Assembly (NCBI GenBank): GCA_050613775.1
Contig: JBODTK010000130.1
Coordinates: 372,001 to 436,000 of the forward strand
Direction of reading: 5' to 3'
Source of the DNA: Neocallimastix sp. 'constans'
Taxonomy: Eukaryota
DNA: 64,000 nt
Both the position numbers and the translations under genes were made by a program. The notes under the pieces are model-generated. The model was not told the origin of the DNA, did no database searches, and worked only from the letters and a program-made list of their open reading frames with translations. Of this stretch, positions 46,440 to 59,049 are shown piece by piece (the stretch's first letter is position 1; each line of letters begins with the position of its first letter).

Positions 46440-46479
46440 AAGGGAGTAGAAGCACTCCCATCGTCAAAAAAATTGCTTC
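46427..46479 (+). promoter_or_regulatory. -1 programmed ribosomal frameshift signal
   Basis: T TTA AAC heptamer; stem GGGAGT/ACTCCC at 46442-46459; loop GAAGC can pair with GCTTC at 46475-46479; the -1 frame is open into pol. Confidence 0.85.
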
Positions 46480-49400
46480 AGTCTGCCATCGTCCCAAAAC
46501 AGTTGACTTAAAAGAAGATGATGATTATGAAGAAATTGCTGATTTCCAAGAAGGTACTACTACGGATTATTACGAAGATTTTGATGATGAGTCGGATGGT
46601 TCCAAAGAATTGGATTACTTAGTAAACGTTATAAAGAGAAAGGCAAATCCTAAAGATGAAGAGACTAGTGACCAAAGAGGAAAGAGGGTTCACCGTAGTC
46701 TAAGAGATGATCCTAAGCCAATAGTTACTCCAGGTTTACGAAAACAAAAAGAAAATCAATTAAGGGGAACATCGCGACCAGTCAAAAAGCCAACAACTCA
46801 ATTACATCCTTCGATTATGGTTCAACCTAGAATAGAAAAAGAAAAGAGAATTGAGAAAGAGCTAAGAGATAAGGAAAGAGCTAGTACTAGTACTTCTGTG
46901 GAAAATAATAATAATAATAGTAATGTTAATGTTATTAATGAAGAAACTTCTCAGGAAGAAAATAATTCTAAACAAACTTTAAATAAATTAATTCAAGAAA
47001 AATCATCAGAAAAGTCAACTGAAATTATGCCAACCAGAATTCCAAGAAGAATACAAATGCAAACTGATTGTGATAGTTATGACGTGATCAAAGATTTAAA
47101 CTCCAGTAATTGCAATATTACATTTGGACAATTATTGGACGTTGCTCCAAAGATACGGTCTCAAGTATCACAAGGACTTAAATTAGAAAAGAATAATACT
47201 AAAATTTCAGGTGCAGTGGATAATATGTGTGCTACTACAATAATAACGAACAATATAGATCATACATATAAAAGTAAACATCATGAACCACAAGAAGATG
47301 ATATTGCTATGGTTGATGTAATAGTAGATGGAGTTCGTGGTAAGGCTTTAATAGATTCATGTAGCAACTTAAGTATTATCACAAAGCAATTTTTAGATAA
47401 ATTACCTTATCAGTATGAACCTATAGGAGTTAGTGCAGGACGAATACGTTTAGCAACAATGAATGATGATTACTCAGAAGATGTGTTAATCAAAGTTCCC
47501 GTAAAAATTAATGAACTAGAACTACTTGTTACGTGTAGAATTATAGACAAGGAGGATCCATTCTATGATATATTAATCAACCTCAAAACTCAAATTGATA
47601 ACCAGTTATTTATTCATCCAATTAGATATAGTCTTTGTCGATTTAATGATCAAGGTTTAATTGAAGAAATTGCACCTATTAATAATGAATATGATGACGA
47701 AGAAAAATTATTATGTGTAATCAAGGCATTGAATCACCAAGAAGCTAAGCAACAATTGAAAACGATTGAAGGATTACCACCAATAAAATATATATATGAC
47801 ACAGTTTTTCAAAGTACAATTAATTCAAATTATAGAGAAGCTATTACTAAATTACTTGAAGAATATATTGATATAATTGCAACTTCTTCTGAAGAATTAA
47901 CACCTTCAGATTTATCACCACACAAAATTATTCTTAAGGAAGGAGTTAAACCTATTAAACAAAAATTTTATCGACTTAGTAAATTAAAAACAGATATCTT
48001 AAAAGAAGAATTAACCAAACTCATATATAAACGATTAATTGAACCTTCATGTTCAGAATGGTCATCACCAGTAGTACTTGTGCCTAAAAAGAACGGTAAA
48101 TGGCGCCTGTGTATTGACTATAGGAAAGTAAATGAAGCAACTAAGAAGGATTCTTATTCTTTACCAAATATTGAGGAAATTTTTGATAGCTTAGATGGAG
48201 CAAAAATCTTCTCAACATTAGATCTTTATTCCGGTTATCATCAAATATTAATGGATGATGATAGTGTTGAAATCACTACCTTTACAACTAAGTTCGGAAA
48301 CTACCAATTCAAGGTAATGCCCTTCGGTTTAACAGGTGCTCCAGCTACATTCCAAAGAGAAATGAACCGTATACTATTTCCCTTAATAGGAAAATGCGTC
48401 TATAACTTTATAGATGATATTTTAATCTACTCAAGAACTGAAGAAGAACACCTAGAACATCTTAAACAAGTCTTAGAAATATTCAAGGAACATAAGTTAA
48501 AAATCAATATCAAAAAGTGTTCTTTCATGCAAACTGAAGTAGAAGTACTTGGACATAAAGTATCCTCAGAAGGTTTAAGTCCATTGGAAAACAAAGTTGA
48601 AGCTATTAAAGAATGGAAGGCTCCCTCTAACATTCATGAACTTCGATCATTTTTAGGAGCCATTGGATATTATAGAAATTTCATTAAGGACTTTGCAAAA
48701 GTTACAGCTCCTCTCTGCACTCTATTAAGAAAAGGTATTAAGTTTGAATGGAAAAAGGAACAAGAAGAAAGTTTTAAAATTCTTAAGGAAAGATTAATCA
48801 ATGCCCCAATATTAAGATTTCCTAGATTTGATAGAGAATTTATTATAAGAACAGATGCTTCCTATGATGGAATAGGCGGTGTGCTTTTACAAAAGGATGA
48901 TGAAACTGGAAAGGAGCATCCGGTTCATTATATTAGTAGAAGTTTATCTAAATCGGAAAAGAATTATGGAATTACGGATCTAGAAGGTGCTGCTCTAATT
49001 TACTGTATTAATAAATTAAAATCTTATATTATGGGAAATCCTAAGCAAACTATAGTATATACAGATCATAGACCATTAATCGGATTACTTAAAAGTAAGG
49101 AACCACAAAATTCTCGTCATACTAGATGGTGTTTGACTGTCAGTATGTTAGGAATTGATTTACGATATGAAACTGGAAAGAATAATGTTGTCGCAGATGC
49201 TTTATCAAGAATGAAAAATGAAAAAGAAAAAGTTGTCTTAACAACACAAATTATCAAGGAACAAGATGAAAACCTGCTTTCAAGAACCATTAAGGAATTT
49301 ATTGAAGAAAAATTTACGACAATTGATGGTGTGGACTACTTTGTTGATGGCAATAATTATAGAAAATTAGTTACAGATACAAAAGAAAAACTTCAATTAA

Positions 49401-50431
49401 TTTTTCAAGCACACAGTATAGGACACGAAGGCTATTACAAGACATACCAACGTTTGAAAAAGAGCTACTATTGGAACAATATGGTTAATGACATTAAGCG
49501 AATTATAGGTAAATGTGAAAAATGTCAATTAAATAAATCTCAACCATACCCTGAACCAACGGAAGATAAACCAACTGAAGTGGAAGGACCATTTACACAC
49601 TTAGGATTGGACATTATAGGACCTCTAAGTAAAACCAGAAATAATAATCAATATATAATCGTTGTGGTTGATTATTTTACTAAATGGGTTGAGGCAGAGC
49701 CCACTGAAAATGTTACTTCTCAGGATGTGATAAAATTTTTAATTAATGTATTTGCTCGACACGGTGTACCTCAAATTATCACTACTGATAATGGAACACA
49801 ATTTACATCAGATATGACAAAAATCTTCCTTGATTTATATGATGTATATGTTAAATTTATCACTCCATATCATCCTGAAAGCAATGGTTTAGTTGAGAAT
49901 CGTAATAAAGAAATTGGAAAATTATTACGATTACTAGGACAACAACACAAAGAATGGGATGAAATTTTACCATCTGCACTTTGGGCTTTAAGAACTACTA
50001 AAAACTCAATCACCAACCATTCAAGTTTTGAATTAGTTTATGGAAGGGAGGACCAACAACCTTTTGACATTGCTGCCAGACCAACTAAGGGTATAAATAA
50101 GTCTTCTGACGAAATTCTACAGGAAAAATTTGTATCACACTACCAATGGGTAATGGAGGCCGCATCTAATATCAAAAATGCTTCGAAGTATTGGGCTACT
50201 AGGAGAGAAGAAAAGACCAGTATGAATCAAGCTAAAAGAATAAAACCAGGTGATTTAGTACTAGTAAGAAACTTTAATCGAACTAAATTAGAACCTTATT
50301 TTGTTGGACCTATGAAAGTGGTAAAGAAACAATTCAATACAGTCACTTTAGCCGATCCTGCTACTAATATACAAATGAATCGTAATGTTCATTTGAAAAA
50401 TATTGTCAAGTTTAACTCAGCTTCTACCTAG
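46427..50431 (+). CDS. pol: Pol polyprotein (PR-RT-RNase H-IN), expressed as Gag-Pol
   Basis: Uninterrupted frame from the slippery site; all catalytic motifs present; GPY/F-like C-terminus, no chromodomain seen. Confidence 0.95.
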   Translation, partial: FKPLKGSRSTPIVKKIASVCHRPKTVDLKEDDDYEEIADFQEGTTTDYYEDFDDESDGSKELDYLVNVIKRKANPKDEETSDQRGKRVHRSLRDDPKPIVTPGLRKQKENQLRGTSRPVKKPTTQLHPSIMVQPRIEKEKRIEKELRDKERASTSTSVENNNNNSNVNVINEETSQEENNSKQTLNKLIQEKSSEKSTEIMPTRIPRRIQMQTDCDSYDVIKDLNSSNCNITFGQLLDVAPKIRSQVSQGLKLEKNNTKISGAVDNMCATTIITNNIDHTYKSKHHEPQEDDIAMVDVIVDGVRGKALIDSCSNLSIITKQFLDKLPYQYEPIGVSAGRIRLATMNDDYSEDVLIKVPVKINELELLVTCRIIDKEDPFYDILINLKTQIDNQLFIHPIRYSLCRFNDQGLIEEIAPINNEYDDEEKLLCVIKALNHQEAKQQLKTIEGLPPIKYIYDTVFQSTINSNYREAITKLLEEYIDIIATSSEELTPSDLSPHKIILKEGVKPIKQKFYRLSKLKTDILKEELTKLIYKRLIEPSCSEWSSPVVLVPKKNGKWRLCIDYRKVNEATKKDSYSLPNIEEIFDSLDGAKIFSTLDLYSGYHQILMDDDSVEITTFTTKFGNYQFKVMPFGLTGAPATFQREMNRILFPLIGKCVYNFIDDILIYSRTEEEHLEHLKQVLEIFKEHKLKINIKKCSFMQTEVEVLGHKVSSEGLSPLENKVEAIKEWKAPSNIHELRSFLGAIGYYRNFIKDFAKVTAPLCTLLRKGIKFEWKKEQEESFKILKERLINAPILRFPRFDREFIIRTDASYDGIGGVLLQKDDETGKEHPVHYISRSLSKSEKNYGITDLEGAALIYCINKLKSYIMGNPKQTIVYTDHRPLIGLLKSKEPQNSRHTRWCLTVSMLGIDLRYETGKNNVVADALSRMKNEKEKVVLTTQIIKEQDENLLSRTIKEFIEEKFTTIDGVDYFVDGNNYRKLVTDTKEKLQLIFQAHSIGHEGYYKTYQRLKKSYYWNNMVNDIKRIIGKCEKCQLNKSQPYPEPTEDKPTEVEGPFTHLGLDIIGPLSKTRNNNQYIIVVVDYFTKWVEAEPTENVTSQDVIKFLINVFARHGVPQIITTDNGTQFTSDMTKIFLDLYDVYVKFITPYHPESNGLVENRNKEIGKLLRLLGQQHKEWDEILPSALWALRTTKNSITNHSSFELVYGREDQQPFDIAARPTKGINKSSDEILQEKFVSHYQWVMEAASNIKNASKYWATRREEKTSMNQAKRIKPGDLVLVRNFNRTKLEPYFVGPMKVVKKQFNTVTLADPATNIQMNRNVHLKNIVKFNSAST

Positions 50432-50892
50432 CTTGAGTCTTAGCGGGGGCATCTTAATACAGAATGAACAAATAATACTAATTGTGCTAGAATAATATAA
50501 ATTATTCTAAGTCTTCCAATTTAAGAAAATTTATTATTTAATTATTTATTTATTTATTTTATGCTTTGTTTTGTTTTGTTTTCTCAAAATTAATAACTTT
50601 ATAATTATATTAGTAAAGTCGACCAGGTCTCTATCCAATTATGTATGGTGACGGTCGAGTAAACTAATTTTTTATAAATGGCTTATTAATTTTGAATAAT
50701 TATTTTTTTTTTTCTGGTTATTAGAAGGAGTTTTCTCACTTGTTTTTAGTCTGTATTACTAGATACAATGTTCATTAAAGCCCTGAATTGTGGTCCTCGA
50801 TTACAGTCCAATTATTGATTCCAAAATGGTTAGCTCTGAATAAAAACTCTTGACCGGCGGTAGACCAAAAAAATCTTCAGCTTGCGGATTCT

Positions 50893-51953
50893 GTTATTGC
50901 AACGTATTTTGAAAAATAAAAGGTAATTGTTATTGTAAAAGAAAACACAAAAATAGATTACAATAACAAAATACAATAAATTTTATTTTATTAAAAAATT
51001 TTTTATTAAAATATATTTTATTAATATTTAATAGTTATTCGTTAAAAATAACAATTACATCGAGAAAAAATGTGAAAAGTATCTTCTATTTATACTTTTC
51101 CTAAATACATTGATAATATATTATTTTATTTAAATTACATATATTTTAATATAAAACTATCCTAATGAATTTTATTAAATAATAAATTTATAAACTATAA
51201 CTAAATTTAGAAAAATATAATTATTAATTAAACTAAATACTAAATAATTAAAATTAAGTACATTTATTATCTATTTATTATTTTAATATTATAAGTAAAG
51301 TCTTTATTTATTTTCGATTTAAAAACAATGTTAAAGGAGTCATGATTAAATTTTGAAACTTAATTTTCACAAAATAAATTATTAATTTATTTTGTTTTAA
51401 ACTTTAATTAATTCATTTAAATTATTTTACAACAATAATTTTCTCAGAATTAAATTTTATAAAAATTATTACATTAAAAATTTATCTTGTGGCTTAAAGA
51501 ATATAATTCAAAAATTTAGTTCATATGATTTATTTACTTTGCTTATTATTTTATAAATCAAAGAATAATTTACATTTTTGAATTGCACAAGAAAAAATTT
51601 TAATTTAAAATGTGATTGGGATAATCACATCTTTACAATAAGGCTCTTGAGTTCTCTTTGAGAAATCAAGAGTTATTATTATAAAAACATAGTTATAATA
51701 GTAACAATTTTATATTTTTAACTTTAATAAATTAATAAAAATATTTTATTCAAAAACATATTTTTAAAATCAATTTATACAAACAATTCTTCTCTTACTT
51801 TTTGTGTTATTATTATAATTAATTTTATAATAAACTCTACTCTAAAGGTAAAAAAAAAAATTTATTTTATTTTATTTTCTCAACTTAATGAATTAGTCGT
51901 TAAGTTGTAGTTAATAATTCTATTTTGAGTTAGTTCTTAATAGAATTATTACA
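50893..51953. mobile_element. LTR fragments (possible LTR 50893-51434 and the 3' part of a TATA-palindrome LTR ending at 51953)
   Basis: TGTT...AACA ends; ctcttgagttctctttgagaaatcaagag motif at ~51645; ends ATTATTACA 4 bp before element C. Confidence 0.5.
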
Positions 51954-52645
51954 TTCGTGATGCAGTATTTAAATAAAAAGAGAAAATTATCAAGAAATAA
52001 TAATTAAATATAATAAATAATTAGTTAAATTATATATATATATTATAATAATATAAAATTATTAAATTTATCTAATTAGTTAATAGCCAATAGAATTTAA
52101 TTTATAGTTAATTAGAAATATAAAAGAAAAATTATTATAACTCTTAAAAGGGAGGAGGTTTATTTTTGGAAAAAAAAAAAAAAAAAAAAATATATTCGGG
52201 GAATATATTTATTTATAAAAAAATTATATAGTTATAGGTTAATTAGGAATAAATAATTAATAAGATATTTAATAAGATCTTTAATAATATTCTGTTATAA
52301 AATTGTATTACGACCCAAACAGTTTAAATAAAATAAATAAAACGACAAAATACTTTGTTTTAATATAACGTGTATTGTAATTATATATTTCTATATTAGA
52401 ATTTATTTCTTTTATCTAATACAATCTTGCTAACTCACAAAACACTGATACTTATAAAAATAACGTATCAAAATTTGGCGCTCAACGTGGGGGGGAACAG
52501 CAAGATCAAATAAATTAATATGAAAATAATAAGAAAATAATAATTACAATATATTTATCATAGTAGAATATTTTTTTTTTATATATATATATATAAATTT
52601 TCATTTTTTTTTTTTTTTTAATTAAAGTAAAATTTTTTTTTTACA

Positions 52646-53973
52646 ATGTTTGACGCTACTAAATTACAAAAGAAACTACCATATCTGGTAGATTATGGTA
52701 AAGATGTAGACAGCTGGATGACCGACTTTGTTAAGACAATGGAGTTATATGACATAATGGAACCAAGGCGAATTTTTATTTGGGTCAAGGAAGCTGTGGA
52801 AGAAGATATTCAAGGAGCTTTACAATCATTGGTAGTAAGACGAGGAGATGAAATGAGGTATCCCACATTTAAAGAAATTCAAAATACAATTGAAGAACAT
52901 TTGCATATTACGGAAAATGATAAACGTACAGTTCTCAAAACAATACAAATAAATCAAGAAGAATCAATTAAAAAGTTTAATTACAGATATAAGAAATTAT
53001 ATAATAAACTCAGTTTAGAATATAGAAGACTTATATCTGTAAAGGATTACACGAATGCTATTAGCTCCCGTGTATTTCCATGTTCAAGAGTTATGGTTGC
53101 AGAATGCGATACAATAAATGAGGCGTGCAAAATTGCAGAAGTAGCTGAGGAGACTGAAAAAGAAATAACAAATATAAATCAAAGAAACGAAATTAATAAT
53201 GTGAGGAATCATATTATGTTTACTCAGAATCAGCCAGATAATAGCTTACTAATGCAACACCCGTTCTACAAAAACTTACAGCTAAACCAATTACCTATGA
53301 ACCATAATAATAATATATTTCAGGAAAGAAATAACTGGAATTCTAAATCTAGATTATGGAACAATAATAACAATTTCAGAAATCCAAATTATGTATATCA
53401 CATGAGTAATCCATATAATAATCCAAATTATTACTTGAATAATACAAATGATATTAATAAAATGAACAATGGAAATTTTACAAATCGTTATAATAGTAGA
53501 TTTAATTATAATAAATTTTCACACAGTAATAATATTAATCAATATATGAATAATAATAACAAATATAATATGAATAATATGAATATAATATGAATAATAA
53601 TCAACCATCCAATGAAATAAGAGACAGTAAAATTAATCATTATTTAAACAATTTGAACAACAATATTAATATAACAAATGATGATAAAGAACATGACAAT
53701 CAAAGGTTTAACAATAATAAATTTAATACTAATAATATGATTCAATCTTTTAATTCTCAAAATGGAAATAATCACAACAATGGAATAGAAAATAATAATG
53801 TTATTAATACATTAGTAACTAATAAAAACTCAATTAACAACAATAATAACAACCATGTGAATTGTTACCGTTGCACAATGAATGGACATAGAGCTTCAGA
53901 ATGCCCTTATACATTTAAACAATTGGCTGAATTGGAAGAAAAAGGTTTGATAAATAAACATTTAAACCAATAG
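52646..53973 (+). pseudogene. gag: Gag of element C, split by a frameshift near 53590
   Basis: Two overlapping ORFs; the second carries CYRCTMNGHRASEC and ends at a T TTA AAC slippery site (53961-53967). Confidence 0.85.
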
Positions 53974-56900
53974 ATGGAAGAAGGACAACTTCCATTAACC
54001 AAACCAATAAAATAATGTTTAAAAATAATGACTCATATAATAATAATTATAATAAAATAATGTTTAAAAATAATGACTCATATAATAATAATTATAATAA
54101 AATAATGTTTAAAAATAATAACTCATATAATAATAATTATAATAAAATAATATTTAAAAATAATGACTTATATAATAATAATAACAATAACAATAATATA
54201 ATGACAATGGTAGACGATAAAAAAATATTACCTATAATTAATAATAATATTAACGAAAAACAAAATTGTAATGACCTTAATATAAACAATAACAATAATA
54301 CTTCACAAAATATATTAAATAGACCAATTGAAATTGTAGCAGCCGTTACTCGAAATTCAAGAAATAAAATTAACAAACATAATGAAAAACCATACAATAG
54401 AAAGGAAGTAAGATTTAATTTAAAGGACAATCCAAAACCAATACAAACGGCAGCTATGAGTCATAATAGTATTGATAATAATACTATTGATAATAAAATT
54501 AGTACTAATAATAGTATTAATAATAATAATAATAAAAGTAATAATAATAATAATAACAAAAATAATATCAATTATAGTAATACAAATGCTAATTATAATT
54601 ATAATAATATTAATAATCATAATAATAGTATGAATAATGATCATGAAAATAATAATATTATTAATAATAAAATTAATTATAAAATAGATAATTATAATGA
54701 TAATAATAAAGACAATAATAATGAAGAAAATAACATTTATAATACCTTTAAGGAAAATATTGACATAAATGATGATGATTATACTACTAATAATACAAAC
54801 ATTAGTCAAACGGTTGAACCCGGAAGTATAGAATCCAATGAAGATGCAATCATGATAGAAGAATCTGAAAATGATGAAAACAATGGTGATGCTGATGAAA
54901 GTCATAATATTAAAAATCATAATAAGTCCTTATCTGGTAATGTAGAGAATTCCATTAGTGCAAATAGTAAAAATAAGAATGAAGCTCCTAATAAAAAAAA
55001 TTATAATACCCAAAAACTAGTACCTTGATCCTTCTTTTATCACAGAGAAAAATATTAGAAAAGTTAAAAACAAAAATAAAGAGGAGAGAATTAAAGATAT
55101 AAAAAATAAAATGAAAGAAATGAATACCAATACCAAGACAAGTGAAACTCCAATGAAACAAACTGAAAAGCACATCAAACTCATGGAAGCCTTTGGTGAT
55201 TATTATATTCAAGATTTGATAAAAGAAATTGCATCAACTGATATAATAACAAAATTGGTCTACCTTTTAGATCTCTTCCCAAAATTTCGAACAGAATTCT
55301 TAAAAGCTTTAAAATTAACACCTAAACAAACAATAACAAATGTAATGATAATTATTACCAAACATAAAATAATTAAAGTTAATGGAAAAGTAGAAAATAA
55401 TGATTGTGAAATATTTTTAGATACTTGCGCCAGTGTCAATGTTATTACACGTTCCGCTTTAAATAAATTAAAAATCAACAAATCTTCTATTGGTAGAATC
55501 TCTGAAACAATATTTCAAGCATACTCAAATTCCTCAATAGATAGTGATATCTATGATTTACAAGTCTCTATTGGTAGCAGAACTTTTAATGAATATTTTA
55601 GGGTAATCGAAAAAGATGATATTTTTGATATCTTAATTGGTGTTGATTCTCTAAAGAATAATAGATTTGATATTAACTTAGTAGATGATACTTTATATTA
55701 TATTGATGAAAATAATAATTACATTAAACTAGCAGATCTATTTTATGACATTAATCTTAATAATACTTACAAGGATGATGAAGAAATAGAAAAACATCAA
55801 ACTACCAAATCTGAACCTTTTTTATTAACAATTACAGTTACCAATGATAAAGAAATTACGAATACTAATGAATTACCTAACACGAAAGAACATTTAATTA
55901 ATGAAATAATATCTTCTGTTCCTGATAATTTTAAAAATGAAATTAGTAAAATATTTTCAAAATTTAAAAATGTAATAGCAATCAAAACAGATGACTTAGG
56001 AAAATCAAAATTGTTACCTCAAAAAATTGATTTAATTCCTCAGTCTACACCGATAAAATTAAAAGCTTACCGGTTATCTAAAGCACAAACAAAGGCTCTT
56101 AAGAAAATCTTGATTAAGCTAATAGAAAACAAATTAATAGAACCATCCTATTCTTCATGGGCATTTCCAGTAGTACTAGTTCCGAAGAAAAACGGCGACT
56201 GGAGAATGTGTGTCGACTTTAGGGCTTTAAACAATATAACTATTAAGGATTCATATGCTTTACCCTTAATTGATGACATATTAATGTTTATTGGAAAGAA
56301 CGCAAAAATACTCTCTACTATTGATCTTTTTTCTGGTTATCATCAGGTTCCAATGAACCCTGATGATAAAGATAAAACAACATTCACTACCATGTTTGGA
56401 AACTACAAATTCTGTGTAATGCCGTTCGGTTTATGTAACGCACCGGCTACTTTTCAACGTGAAATGAACCGGATTTTTTTTGATTTAATTGGAGTATGTT
56501 TATTTGTATACATCGATGACTTGGTAATTTTTTCGGATTCGATTGAATCACATATCATCCATCTCACTAAGGTATTCCAAATTTTAGCTGATAATGGGTT
56601 AAAAATAAATCTTGAAAAGTGCTCATTCTTTAAAACAGAAGTTATACTATTAGGACACACTTTATCTACTAAAGGAATCTCACCTATTCCGGATAAAGTG
56701 AAGGTCATCATGAACTGGCTTCCTCCTAAAAATATCACTCAACTTAAATCTTTTCTTGGAGCCGTTGGTTATTATAGGAAATTTATTAAAAATTTCGCTC
56801 AGATAGCAAATCCCTTGTTTAACTTATTAAAAAAAGATGTCACCTATATCTGGTCTGATAACTGTAATTCAGCTTTTGAAAAACTTAAAAATTCTTTGAT

Positions 56901-58584
56901 GATTGCCCCTATTTTGACCCCACCAGATTATTCAAAACCTTTCATCATAAGAACAGATGCATCAAGAGATGGCCTTGGAGGAGTTTTATTACAACTAGAT
57001 AAAAATGATACTGAAGTTCCCATATATTTCGAAAGTCGTTCTTTATCTCCATCTGAATGTAACTATAGTGTCACTGATTTAGAAGGAAAAGCAGTTTTTC
57101 ACTGTGTAAGAAAATTTAAGCCATACTTTTCTTGTAGTAAGTTTCCCACAGTAGTTTTTACTGATCATAAGCCATTGGTTAGCATCTTCGCTAAAAGAGA
57201 ACCTTCCAACAGTAGACACCTCAAATGGGTCACTGAATTGAGTATTTTAAATGTAAACGTCCAATTTGAAGAAGGGAGGAAGAACGTAATAGCCGATGCA
57301 TTATCCAGACTGCCTATAAAAGAATTAAAAATTAATAAAGAAACAGTAAATACATTAGTTAATAATAGTAATATTAATAATATTTCACTTAACAGTAATG
57401 ATGATGATATTAATAAATTTATGAATGATTTCATTAACAAAAGAATCATAAATATCGATGGTATTGAATATTATAAACAAGGAGAAAACATAAGGAAAGT
57501 TATTAAAGAAAGAAGAAAACAACTGGAACTAGTTAAGGATGCACATCAAATTGGCCATGAAGGTATCTATAAAACTTATAATAGATTAAAAAGAGATTAT
57601 TATTGGAAATCTATGAAAAAGGATGTTCAAATGATAATTAAAAGTTGTCATCGTTGCCAAATATGTAGATCACAAATTCTTAATAAGAACGTAGAAAGTA
57701 TAGCTACTCCTCCTGGATATCCCTTTTCAAGAGTAGGCTTAGATTTGGTTGGTCCTTTACCACCTACAAAAAATGGTAATAAATATATAATTGTATTAGT
57801 AGATTACCTGACTAAATGGGTGGAGGCGGAACCTCTAGAGAAAATAAAATCAGATGATATTATTAAATTTTTAAAAATGGTATTTTCCAGGCACGGAATT
57901 CCTGAAATATTAATAACGGATAATGGACCACAATTCATTTCAGATAAAACAAAAGCATTCTTAGACTTACATGATGTTTACGTACACTATGCTACTACTT
58001 ACCACCCTGCAACTAATGGAGAAGTTGAAAATCGAAACAGAGAAATCAGTAAATACTTACGGTTACTTGGTAAAATGGTGGATACTTGGGACGAAACTTT
58101 ATACAGGGCTTTATGGGCTCTCCGCACCGCAAAGAATGAAGTTACTAAATTTAGCAGCTTCGAATTATTATACGGGAGACGAGACTTACAACCATTCGAA
58201 CTTACCTTAAATATAGAAAAAAGGAATGAAATGGAAAGTGAAGAGGAATATTGGCTTAGGAAATTTATCACTCATGACAAATGGATCAGGGAAGCAGTGA
58301 ATAATATAGAAACTGCAAATAAACTTTGGGAGGAACGTCGAAAACAAATTAAGAGGATGAGATCTAGTTTTAAACCTGGTGACTTAGTTCTTATTAGAGT
58401 ATTTAATAGACGGAAGTTGGACCCTTTCTTTACTGGACCTTTGAAGATTGTTAAACAAGAATTAAATACAGTTACTGTATGTGACCCCATTACTGGTGAA
58501 ATTGCAGATAGGAATATACATTTAAAAAATGTTATTCCATATTTTACAGAAGTAAATTTATACGATGAAGATGAGAATGAATAG
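53961..58584 (+). pseudogene. pol: Pol of element C with an Asn-rich leader, disrupted near 55000-55020
   Basis: The -1 frame is open from the slippery site to 55028; PR (LDTCAS), RT (YIDD), RNase H and IN lie in another frame that opens after TAG at 55018-55020. Confidence 0.9.
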
Positions 58585-58660
58585 TATACTAACAATAATA
58601 AGAATATATATGAAAATATATAAATAATAAAATTAAATAATAATATAAATAATATATATA

Positions 58661-58719
<59 letters not shown>

Positions 58720-59003
58720 ATTGTAAACATAAATAGTAAAAATAGTATAAATATATATAATATAATAGTATATAGTGATATAGATAGTATAATAATATAA
58801 ATGATAATTAATTCGAGTAAAAATAATATAGATAGTATAATAAAATAAATGATATATAATGAGTAATATAATAATATAGATAGTATAATATAAAATCAAA
58901 GGTTCAACCCTTAAATTGGATTCCAATTCAAAAGATTAATTTATATTTTTTTTTTGGTTAATTAAAAATGTTTCTTTATTTAGATAATAATAATACATTG
59001 ATG

Positions 59004-59049
<46 letters not shown>

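Larger units (their letters stand above)
44226..50510 (+). mobile_element. Ty3/gypsy LTR retrotransposon, copy B (same family as A); 3' LTR truncated after 56 bp
   Basis: 5' LTR 44226-45012; PBS TGGTGGAGATATCGGGGA 45021-45038; intact gag and pol; PPT before 50455; LTR match stops at 50510. Confidence 0.97.

Noticed and set aside
46610..46612. TTG start of pol given by the ORF track
   Set aside because: The frame is open back to the slippery site at 46427; -1 frameshifting explains expression.
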